Shown: positions 23,001 to 33,949 of the stretch, one piece after another
How the letters are laid out: every line of letters starts with the position of its first letter
Position numbering within the stretch: the stretch's first letter is position 1
Assembly (NCBI RefSeq): GCF_055900595.2
Contig: NZ_CM148325.1
Strand: one strand, 5' to 3'
DNA length: 64,000 nt
Program-made: the position numbers and the translations under genes
Notes under the pieces: model-generated
Told to the model about the DNA's origin: nothing
The model's database searches: none
What the model saw: the letters and a program-made list of their open reading frames with translations, nothing else

Positions 23001-24326
23001 ATTGCCTTTGTTATCGTAGGCAACTGCTGAAATCGCATAATAATTGTCTTTGCCTGGACGGTAAGCCGGGAGCGTTACTTGCCACTGACTCCCCTGCCCG
23101 GTAATTTTGCCACCTTCAGCCAGTAATGATGGTGCTTCCCACTGCACATTTTTCAGACCGTGAGTCGCTTTGCTGACCACCAGCCCCAGGGAAACAGTCT
23201 GCCCGCCCTTGCCTTCAATACGCTCAGGCAGAGCAATACGGATCACTTCTGATTTGCGGTACTCAAGAATGATATTGTTATTACGCTCAACCAGGTCATA
23301 GCGGCTGCCTGCCAGCATTCGACGCTCGCGAATGCTGTCTGTATCGAGTTGTTTTTCCAGAGGTTCGCCAATTCGGTAGTTAACTTCCAGGCCAAAGCGA
23401 GTGTCATTCTCACCACTCTTGCCCTGCTTATGCCCGGCGCTCAGTGTCAGAAGAGGCACTGGTGTATAGGTTACCTCGGCAGAAATAGCATGCGGGTCTT
23501 TCTGGCGTTTATCTTTACCAAACAGCCCGACTTCATCGCCATAATACTGCTCATACATCAGGCTTGCGCCAAGCTGCGGCCAGGCAGGTAAATAGCCCTC
23601 AGCACGAATATCCCAGCCATTCGCCGGGCGTTCCTGATAATCCTCAACATCCGGTGATTTTTTCCAGCCAGAAGCCCGGATATAACCATTGGCGCTCAGT
23701 TTCAAATAATCACGCCAGTATTCCGCACCAACACCAATGCGGGTATGACTACGGGATAAATCATGATCGATAAAAGTATTCACCCCCGCCATCCAGTCAT
23801 TTCCTGAAAAATGACGCCAGCCAAAACCAATATTTGACTGAGTACGATCGTCGGTACGATGTATTGCCCCCTGAGTGAACAACATATTTGTCGGCGTGTC
23901 ATAAATCGGATAAAGCATTTCCAGCGAAGAATCCTTCAGCGAGAAATCTTTATCGACATTCAGTTTGACGCGCGCTGTACCATATTTCCCGAGCCACTCC
24001 TGTATTTCCTGGTTAGCTTTAGCGGTGGCCATTCCGGTAATAAAATTACGTGTCGCATCGCTATCTGGCTGACTGCTTAAAAATGTCCCGGCATTCGCGG
24101 CAAGCGACGCGACATTTTTCTCCACGTTATTATCAGCAGTTACCGTAGTATTTTCCATGCTCAATCGTGGCTGAACCGCATGCTGCGCATGTGCCGCCAT
24201 TACTGGGGTAAAAGTGACTGCGAGTGGGAAAAGAACCTGAACAGAGATATTTGCCCACGCCACGCAGCGGGCCAGAACTGAATAACGAAATCGTGGTTGT
24301 TTATGACCTGTTTTATAACGTGACAT
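20073..24326 (-). CDS. eaeH: Intimin/invasin-like outer-membrane adhesin, full length (EaeH/FdeC type)
   Basis: 1417-aa uninterrupted ORF: N-terminal beta-barrel-like region then many ~90-aa Ig-like repeats (T/V/A-rich). Confidence 0.85.
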   Translation of the reverse strand: MSRYKTGHKQPRFRYSVLARCVAWANISVQVLFPLAVTFTPVMAAHAQHAVQPRLSMENTTVTADNNVEKNVASLAANAGTFLSSQPDSDATRNFITGMATAKANQEIQEWLGKYGTARVKLNVDKDFSLKDSSLEMLYPIYDTPTNMLFTQGAIHRTDDRTQSNIGFGWRHFSGNDWMAGVNTFIDHDLSRSHTRIGVGAEYWRDYLKLSANGYIRASGWKKSPDVEDYQERPANGWDIRAEGYLPAWPQLGASLMYEQYYGDEVGLFGKDKRQKDPHAISAEVTYTPVPLLTLSAGHKQGKSGENDTRFGLEVNYRIGEPLEKQLDTDSIRERRMLAGSRYDLVERNNNIILEYRKSEVIRIALPERIEGKGGQTVSLGLVVSKATHGLKNVQWEAPSLLAEGGKITGQGSQWQVTLPAYRPGKDNYYAISAVAYDNKGNASKRVQTEVVITGAGMSADRTALTLDGQSRIQMLANGNEQKPLVLSLRDAEGQPVTGMKDQIKTELSFKPAGNIVTRTLKATKSQAKPTLGEFTETEAGVYQSVFTTGTQSGEATITVSVDGMSKTVTAELRATMMDVANSTLSANEPSGDVVADGQQAYTLTLTAVDSEGNPVTGEASRLRLVPQDTNGVTVGAISEIKPGVYSATVSSTRAGNVVVRAFSEQYQLGTLQQTLKFVAGPLDAAHSSITLNPDKPVVGGTLTAIWTAKDANDNPVTGLNPDAPSLSGAAAAGSTASGWTNNGDGTWTAQITLGSTAGELEVMPKLNGQDAAENAAKVTVVADALSSGQSTVSVAADRVKAGESTTVTLVAKDAHGNAISGLSLSASLTGTASEGATVSSWTEKGDGSYVATLTTGGKTGELRVMPLFNGQPAATEAAQLTVIAGEMSSANSTLVADNKTPTVKTTTELTFTVKDAYGNPVTGLKPDAPVFSGAASTGSERPSAGSWTEQSNGVYVATLTLGSAAGQLSVMPRVNGQNAVAQPLVLNVAGDASQAEIRDMTVKVDNQLANGQSANQVTLTVVDSYGNPLQGQEVTLTLPQGVTSKTGNTVTTNAAGKADIELISTVAGELEIAAAVKNSQKTVTVKFNADASTGQANLQVDTAVQKVANGKDAFTLTATVEDKNGNPVPGTLVTFNLPRGVKPLTGDNVWVKANDEGKAELQVVSVTAGTYEITASAGNSQPSNTQTITFVADKATATVSSIEVIGNYALADGKAKQTYKVTVTDANKNLVKDSEVTLTASPASLNLEPNGTTTTNEQGQAIFTATTTVAATYTLTAQVSQNNGQVSTKTAEAKFVADDKNAQLTASSNVPSLVADGKSTAKLEVTLMSANNPVGGNMWVDIQTPEGVTEKDYQFLPSKNDHFVSGKITRTFSTSKPGVYTFTFNALTYGGYEMKPVTVTITAVEANTATGEEAMK

Positions 24327-24603
24327 TGAGATAATTTCCTGATGAACGAATTAACGAACATAGGCAGACACAAATAATGGCGTCTGCTTGTCAGAAAAAC
24401 CGGGATTTCCCGGTTTCCTTTTCCGCAGAAAAGGAAATACCTTTATGTAAGAAAGTACACCGCCACCTAATATATCCAGTGCCTGTAGCCACTCATCAGG
24501 TGGTTGGGCGCGGGATTATATTTTTATTTATGGGTGAAAATTTAGCTTTTTGTGCAAGTCATTAAATAGATACCTATGTTATATTTCTTACTCTGCGGAC
24601 AGT

Positions 24604-24619
24604 GAATAATTCATTATTC
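24604..24619. promoter_or_regulatory. AT-rich palindromic operator-like site (GAATAAT-TC-ATTATTC) between divergent eaeH and AKR genes
   Basis: Perfect 7-bp inverted repeat with 2-bp spacer plus a third TGAATAAT half-site 6 bp downstream; resembles Fur-type hexamer repeats. Regulator unknown. Confidence 0.3.
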
Positions 24620-24875
24620 AGAGTGAATAATAATGACCTGCTTTTAATTTACCACGATTGGAAATACGTCGAAGTAGGTATATACCCCAGGATAAACCGA
24701 TATATTTTTTATGGATATTCATTTTCCTTCGTCGGACTGTAAATTCCGGGGATATCGAACTTGCACGACTAATCTCAACCCTCAAACAGATTTATGAATT
24801 TTGTTCATAACCCCTGACAAATCCTGCCGTCTAATCGAGCTTTTCCCTTTACGTTATGCTTCTCATGAACGATAA

Positions 24876-27751
<2,876 letters not shown>

Positions 27752-27883
27752 TTAACCACATTATTAGTAACAATGATAATCTGGCTGTATCGAAAATAAT
27801 TCTAAACTTTCAGGAGATTTATTATGAATAAACGTATCCTCACGATTGCGTCATTCTTCTTACCGATATTCTGACACACATCA

Positions 27884-28810
27884 TTAACTTTCTATTTTTA
27901 CTCTTTTCTCCACCATAAAATCAATAAAAGCACGAACTTTAGAGGGCATTCTCACCCGTGATGAAACATATATATAAAATCCAGAAAATGAAACGGCCCA
28001 ATCCTCAAGAATCGGCTGTAACTTGCCCGCATTGATATGTTCAGCGATTGCAAAATCCAGATGTTGAATGATACCCGTTCCATTCAGCGCCATTCGTATC
28101 ATGCTTTCGTCATCATTAGAAATATACTTACCTGACACCTCTATTTCGAACTCTTCATTACCCCCCACAACATTCGAAAACTCCCATGCTGAGAGTGCAC
28201 CGCTACTTTTATGCCGCAACCGAAGACAATTATGGTTACTCAATTCCTGAGGAGTTTCAGGAATACCGTGTTCTTTTAAATAATCTGGCGATGCCACAGT
28301 AACCAGTTTTATAAGCGGAGAAACAGGAACGGCAGTCATATGCTCATCCAGTCCTTGCTCAAGACGTATGCCCACATCACAGCCGTCCGCAATAATGTTA
28401 GATAAACCGTCATCCATAATGAGTTCTATCTTTGTTTTGGGGTAACGAGTAAGAAACTCGCCAATATGAGGCTCAATAAGCATCCTTGCTGCAACACGGG
28501 AGGAATTTATTCTCAACAGTCCTGTAGGTTCAAGTTGGGTATCACCGACATCTTTCAACGCATCATCAATTTGCCCCAAAGCCGACACCAGCACTTCATA
28601 CAGATGCTGTCCTTCCTCAGTAAGCGACATATTGCGGGTCGTACGGTATATCAGCTTGGTGTTAAGACGTTCCTCAAGAGATTTTAAATTCTGGGACAAT
28701 GCGGCCCGCGTAATACCCATTTCAGAGGCTGCCCTGGAAAAACTGCCGGCACGAACAATCAGCGCAAACCAGGCAAGAGAAGGCAAAATTGAAGGCTCTA
28801 TTTTCATCAT
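27884..28810 (-). CDS. LysR-family transcriptional regulator
   Basis: Start taken at MMKIEPSILPSLAWFALIVRAGSFSRAA; LysR HTH and C-terminal effector domain. Confidence 0.8.
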   Translation of the reverse strand: MMKIEPSILPSLAWFALIVRAGSFSRAASEMGITRAALSQNLKSLEERLNTKLIYRTTRNMSLTEEGQHLYEVLVSALGQIDDALKDVGDTQLEPTGLLRINSSRVAARMLIEPHIGEFLTRYPKTKIELIMDDGLSNIIADGCDVGIRLEQGLDEHMTAVPVSPLIKLVTVASPDYLKEHGIPETPQELSNHNCLRLRHKSSGALSAWEFSNVVGGNEEFEIEVSGKYISNDDESMIRMALNGTGIIQHLDFAIAEHINAGKLQPILEDWAVSFSGFYIYVSSRVRMPSKVRAFIDFMVEKRVKIES

Positions 28811-28966
28811 TGTAAACCTTAACTTAACACTGTGATAGATATTAGACCATTGATGATAACCAATACAAGTCATACTATTACGCCGTTCGCGATATGAACA
28901 CGAATGCCAGTTGCGGATAATAGAAATGATATTTAAATCTGTTTAGGCAAATCCCTGGAGCTTGAA

Positions 28967-29887
28967 ATGAAAACGGTTTCGATAAAACACACTTACTGGG
29001 ATATAGCTGCTGATATCTATTTCCCTGACGATTTTAATAGTGAAAAAAAGTATCCTGCCATTATCAGTGCCCATCCAATTGGAAGCTGCAAAGAACAGAC
29101 ATCGGGTAGTGTGTATGGTGCCGCCCTGGCAAAAGCTGGCTTTATCGTCATTGCTTTTGATGCCAGTTTTCAGGGAAGCAGCGGTGGAGAACCGCGTTAT
29201 CTGGAAGATCCAACAATGCGAGTAAAAGACTTCAGCATTGTCGTTGATTACCTTACCACCTTACCTTACGTTGATGCCGGGCGTATTGGTGTACTGGGTA
29301 TTTGTGGTGGAGGTGGATATGCCATTAATGCCGCAATGACAGAACGTCGGATTAAAGCCATTGGTACTGTCACGGGTGCAAACTACGGGCGTCTTATGCG
29401 TGAGGGATTTACAGCGTTTAATCCTATCGGAGCACTCGAAGCAATGGCGCAACAAAGAACAGACGAAGCTAACGGCGCAAAACTTCGCGTAGATGATTTG
29501 CTCCCTTCTTCTCCGGAAGCAGCTCTTGAAGCGGGATTAACAGAAATAGACCTTTTTGAAGCAACAGAATATTATCGTTCACCACGAGGCTGTGCGCCTA
29601 ATGGGGTAAATCGTTCGCTATTTTCACATCAGACTGTTGCCGTGGGCTGGGATGCTTTTCATCTTGCAGAAGTCCTGTTAACTCAACCACTAATGGTTGT
29701 AGTGGGCGATAGAGTGGGCGCTTTTGGTGCCTATCGTGACGGCTGCGAAATTATTGGTCGTGCAGCCTCAAAACATAAAGAGTTGGTCGTGGTTGAAGGT
29801 TATTCACATTACGACCTGTATGATAAGCCAGAACCTGTGAAACAGGCGCTCGATAAATTAATTCCTTTTTATAAAACACATTTGTAA
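28967..29887 (+). CDS. Alpha/beta hydrolase, dienelactone-hydrolase-like (Cys nucleophile)
   Basis: 306 aa; nucleophile elbow GICGGGGYA typical of DLH-family hydrolases; divergent from the LysR gene. Confidence 0.7.
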   Translation: MKTVSIKHTYWDIAADIYFPDDFNSEKKYPAIISAHPIGSCKEQTSGSVYGAALAKAGFIVIAFDASFQGSSGGEPRYLEDPTMRVKDFSIVVDYLTTLPYVDAGRIGVLGICGGGGYAINAAMTERRIKAIGTVTGANYGRLMREGFTAFNPIGALEAMAQQRTDEANGAKLRVDDLLPSSPEAALEAGLTEIDLFEATEYYRSPRGCAPNGVNRSLFSHQTVAVGWDAFHLAEVLLTQPLMVVVGDRVGAFGAYRDGCEIIGRAASKHKELVVVEGYSHYDLYDKPEPVKQALDKLIPFYKTHL

Positions 29888-30131
29888 TAATCTTACAGGG
29901 AGATTCCTTATCTCCCTGACATTTATCCTTTATTGACTACACAACAATAATGAAATTACTCAAAAAGAAATTTCATTAAAGAAACAAAAAAGCAGTAACT
30001 CAATCATTAAGATTATTAGAAACCCTTTGAAGGGATTATAAATAAAGCCAGAAATCTTGGTTCCAAAGCTGGCAACAACTAACCAGTTAAAACATACGCA
30101 TCAAAATCAGATAAACATTTGAGGTATTGTT

Positions 30132-31274
30132 ATGACAAATAAACACCCATCATTGTTTTCTCCTTTTATGCTGACAGAAAAAATAAAGCTACGTAATCGT
30201 ATCGTTATGGCTCCTATGACAACCTGGTCAGCTAATCCTGATGGAACCATCTCTGAGCAAGAACTCGAATTTTATAAACGTCGCTCACAAAATGTTGGTT
30301 TAGTAATAACAGGATGCACCTATGTCACGCCAAGCGGCATTGGGTTTACTCATGAATTTGCCGCGTATGACGACCGTTTCATTAACAGCCTTGAAAAGTT
30401 AGCTGCTGCAGCCAAAAGTGGCGGTGCTCCGGCTATTTTGCAGATTTTCCACGCCGGTAATAAAGCCATCCCGGAGCTTGTGCCAAATTACGATGTTATT
30501 AGTGCCAGCGCATCAAGCGTAAAATCTGGTGACTTTATGAAGAGAGTGGTACAAAGCAGGGAAATGACTGAAAACGAAATTCAGGAAACCATTAGAGCAT
30601 TCGGAGATGTCACAAAAAGGGCGATTAAAGCAGGTTTTGATGGCGTTGAACTTCATGGTGCGCACGGATTCCTTCTGCAGAATTTCTTCTCCCCTCTATT
30701 TAACCAGCGTAATGACCGATGGGGAGGAGATCTTGAAGGACGTATGCGCTTCCCGCTGGCCGTATTACAGGAAGTAAAAAATGTAGTCTATGAATATGCG
30801 ACAAAGCCCTTTGCCATCGGTTACAGAATATCTCCTGAAGAATCTGTAACAGGGGGTCTGCGGATAGAGGATACTTATAAACTCCTTGATCGGCTCATTT
30901 CATCCGGTATTTCGTATATACATACCTCGCTGGTCAGTATTAACGATAGCTACCCTGTTGAGTCGCCAAATGGCCCCCGAACTATTGAATTGATTTTAGA
31001 TCATATTGCAGGCAGAGTGCCGGTAATCGCCGCAGGTAAAATACGCACACCGTCTCAGGCTCAAGAAGCAATTTCCGCTGGCCTGCCACTTGTTGCAATC
31101 GGTAAAGGGCTGGTAATAAATCCAGAATGGGTGACTTTAGCTGAATCAGGTAGAAGTCATGAAATTCAAACAGCCCTTAATCCACAACGCGTTCCTGAAT
31201 TAACCATTCCGGATAAACTATGGGATCAAATTCAGGCATCGAAAGGAACTGGCTGGTTTCCGTTAATGGATTAA
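30132..31274 (+). CDS. NADH:flavin oxidoreductase (Old Yellow Enzyme family)
   Basis: 380 aa; OYE motifs (MAPMTTW, LHGAHGFLLQNFFSP...NxRxDxWGG). Confidence 0.8.
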   Translation: MTNKHPSLFSPFMLTEKIKLRNRIVMAPMTTWSANPDGTISEQELEFYKRRSQNVGLVITGCTYVTPSGIGFTHEFAAYDDRFINSLEKLAAAAKSGGAPAILQIFHAGNKAIPELVPNYDVISASASSVKSGDFMKRVVQSREMTENEIQETIRAFGDVTKRAIKAGFDGVELHGAHGFLLQNFFSPLFNQRNDRWGGDLEGRMRFPLAVLQEVKNVVYEYATKPFAIGYRISPEESVTGGLRIEDTYKLLDRLISSGISYIHTSLVSINDSYPVESPNGPRTIELILDHIAGRVPVIAAGKIRTPSQAQEAISAGLPLVAIGKGLVINPEWVTLAESGRSHEIQTALNPQRVPELTIPDKLWDQIQASKGTGWFPLMD

Positions 31275-31746
31275 ATATCTATTACTCTCCCGAGAGTAAA
31301 ACTATCAAACCAATGAGTAACCGATACAGCCTCGCAAATTCTTTCAGATAATTAACCCGTCACTGCGGCACGTTCTCTCATAAGGCGTGCCTGCTGTGTA
31401 ATCCAGTATGTATCCGGCATACTTGACGGTTTAATAGAACTCAATTCCTTTCCCAGGTTACCAACAACGATATCTTGTATAACACCCCAGGAGATACGAC
31501 ATTATGATGAGATGAGGTATGCTCCTCAGCGCCAATCAACGCCAGGGCTGGGCCAGTTTTGAGATCAGACTCATTCCCGGACTGACTTCAGGCGACATAT
31601 ATCAATGACATTGGGGCAATAAAAGATAGCCGATGTAATACATCTATTCAAATTTGTGATACATGTCAAAAAATTGGTTGACCAAACTCGTTATTTATAT
31701 AAGGGCACTTACGAAGTGCACTCTTTTTTAAAGCGAGGAAGTACCA

Positions 31747-31848
31747 ATGAAAGAGAATAAAGTACAGCAAATCAGTCATAAACTGATTAATATCGTTGTT
31801 TTGGTAGCAATTGTAGAATACGCCTATTTATTCCTCCATTTCTATTAA
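31747..31848 (+). CDS. ykgR: Small membrane protein (33 aa), YkgR-like
   Basis: SD GAGGAAG 7 nt before ATG; MKENKVQQISHKLINIVVLVAIVEYAYLFLHFY with one hydrophobic helix. Not in the ORF track because under 60 aa. Confidence 0.5.
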   Translation: MKENKVQQISHKLINIVVLVAIVEYAYLFLHFY

Positions 31849-32183
31849 TAACGGCAATAAACTGTTCATTTCAGCAATATTCAAAAGATGCATCCTCTCC
31901 CTTTTTTTTAAGTAATTATTATATCCGTGGGAGAGGAATACACGCTGTCAGGTAATCAATCAAACTGCGATAAATCATCGGCCAGTAAAGTGGAGATAGC
32001 CTCCATTCTCGAAAAATTCATACTCTCAGCGAAACCATCATCAATCACTCATCCAGGCGTTTATGGGAGCGTCGCCAATGGCTGCTAACAATGCCAGACT
32101 TCCCCGTTGCCGAAATTCCACATACCACAAATGGTCACAGGGATTGGGTGTTGAAATGATCCGGATGAGCATGTATCTTTATA

Positions 32184-32201
32184 GTTATGTTATAACATAA
32201 C
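32184..32201. promoter_or_regulatory. Zur box (zinc-uptake-regulator operator) upstream of ykgM
   Basis: Perfect 18-bp palindrome GTTATGTTATAACATAAC 12 bp before the ykgM start; ykgM-ykgO are the zinc-independent L31/L36 paralogs known to be Zur-repressed. Confidence 0.7.
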
Positions 32202-32212
32202 AGGTAAAAATG

Positions 32213-32476
32213 ATGAAACCCAATATCCATCCTGAGTATCGTACTGTGGTGTTCCATGACACCAGTGTTGATGAGTACTTTAAAATCGGCTCGACTATCA
32301 AAACAGACCGTGAGATTGAGCTGGATGGCGTAACGTATCCGTACGTGACAATTGATGTCTCTTCGAAATCGCACCCGTTCTATACAGGGAAGCTGAGAAC
32401 AGTGGCATCAGAAGGAAATGTTGCACGGTTCACCCAACGTTTTGGTCGTTTTGTTAGCACGAAAAAGGGGGCGTGA
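32213..32476 (+). CDS. ykgM: 50S ribosomal protein L31 type B (zinc-independent paralog)
   Basis: [59 protein letters not shown]... lacks the Zn-binding cysteines. Confidence 0.9.
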
Positions 32477-32616
32477 TGAAAGTCCTTAACTCTCTGCGTA
32501 CCGCAAAAGAACGCCATCCAGACTGTCAGATTGTGAAGCGAAAAGGACGGCTGTATGTGATTTGTAAATCTAATCCACGTTTTAAGGCCGTTCAGGGGCG
32601 TAAGAAAAAGCGTTGA
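32476..32616 (+). CDS. ykgO: 50S ribosomal protein L36 paralog (46 aa)
   Basis: ATG overlaps the ykgM stop (ATGA); [46 protein letters not shown]. Not in the ORF track because under 60 aa. Confidence 0.85.
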   Translation: MKVLNSLRTAKERHPDCQIVKRKGRLYVICKSNPRFKAVQGRKKKR

Positions 32617-32644
32617 TTCATAATTCGCCGGATTAACGATATTT

Positions 32645-32697
32645 GTCTGATTAATAATCAGACCGGATTAATGTTGGTGTGTTTATAACACCAACAT
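32645..32697 (+). terminator. Tandem hairpins after ykgO (possible terminator)
   Basis: GTCTGATT-AAT-AATCAGAC (8-bp stem) then ATGTTGGTGT-GTTTATA-ACACCAACAT (10-bp stem), followed by TTAATTTCC. Confidence 0.4.
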
Positions 32698-33134
32698 TAA
32701 TTTCCTGGGGATATATTCTTCCTGTTCATTTAAAGCCAACTGCCTGACGTTTCTCTCCGAATATTCCATTATATTAATGTTGATTTGTTGACCAGCTTCG
32801 CCCCTGTATGCTGGTATCAACTCTCTTTTAGACTGAACAAGCCACTCCGCCCCCTCCCTTTGCGGAGCAGCCTGCATTTACACTCAAACTGTTAAGATGA
32901 TAAATGTGGTAAATCTGTTGGTACTAACATAAAAACGTTTACGCCACAGGAACAGCCTGATCCACCAGTAACCCCATCGCCGACGTTCGAGTGCCAGTTA
33001 GAGTAACGCGCACAGATGACTGCACGCAGTGCCCTGTCAAAGAGGCCATCGTTCCTGTGACAGCTGGCAGCCTTCGTTTAACTTCACTTAATTTGGCTCT
33101 TGGGGGGCTTACCGAACAGGGTAATGACTCCAAC

Positions 33135-33638
33135 TTATTGATAGTGTTTTATGTTCAGATAATGCCCGATGACTTTGTCATGCAGCTCCACCGATTTTGA
33201 GAACGACAGCGACTTCCGTCCCAGCCGTGCCAGGTGCTGCCTCAGATTCAGGTTATGCCGCTCAATTCGCTGCGTATATCGCTTGCTGATTACGTGCAGC
33301 TTTCCCTTCAGGCGGGATTCATACAGCGGCCAGCCATCCGTCATCCATATCACCACGTCAAAGGGTGACAGCAGGCTCATAAGACGCCCCAGCGTCGCCA
33401 TAGTGCGTTCACCGAATACGTGCGCAACAACCGTCTTCCGGAGCCTGTCATACGCGTAAAACAGCCAGCGCTGGCGCGATTTAGCCCCGACATAGCCCCA
33501 CTGTTCGTCCATTTCCGCGCAGACGATGACGTCACTGCCCGGCTGTATGCGCGAGGTTACCGACTGCGGCCTGAGTTTTTTAAGTGACGTAAAATCGTGT
33601 TGAGGCCAACGCCCATAATGCGGGCAGTTGCCCGGCAT
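33135..33638 (-). CDS. insB: IS1 transposase InsB (expressed as InsAB' by frameshift)
   Basis: 167 aa, [64 protein letters not shown]... Confidence 0.95.
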
Positions 33639-33832
33639 CCAACGCCATTCATGGCCATATCAATGATTTTCTGGTGCGTACCGGGTTGAGAAGCGGTGTA
33701 AGTGAACTGCAGTTGCCATGTTTTACGGCAGTGAGAGCAGAGATAGCGCTGATGTCCGGCGGTGCTTTTGCCGTTACGCACCACCCCGTCAGTAGCTGAA
33801 CAGGAGGGACAGCTGATAGAAACAGAAGCCAC
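33557..33832 (-). CDS. insA: IS1 protein InsA
   Basis: 91 aa, [43 protein letters not shown]... (zinc finger + HTH). Confidence 0.95.
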
Positions 33833-33949
33833 TGGAGCACCTCAAAAACACCATCATACACTAAATCAGTAAGTTGGCAGCATCACCAAAACCTGCAAAA
33901 ACTCTTAGATCTTTTACAGAGCGAAGATGGATTCAGTAGCAATAAGAAG

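Larger units (their letters stand above)
33120..33887 (-). mobile_element. IS1: IS1 insertion sequence (768 bp), complete ends, no target-site duplication
   Basis: Ends match IS1 terminal inverted repeats (GGTAATGACTCCAACTTATTGATAGTG ... AAGTTGGCAGCATCACC); flanking 9-mers ACCGAACAG and AAAACCTGC differ. Confidence 0.95.

Noticed and set aside
20497-23773. Plus-strand ORFs of 68-150 aa inside the eaeH coding region
   Set aside because: Entirely antisense to a long, well-supported CDS; Ala/Thr/Val-rich translations mirror the codon composition of the adhesin repeats.
32683-33133. Short minus-strand ORFs between ykgO and IS1
   Set aside because: No SD or recognisable motif, and one runs into the IS1 terminal repeat; insufficient evidence for a gene.
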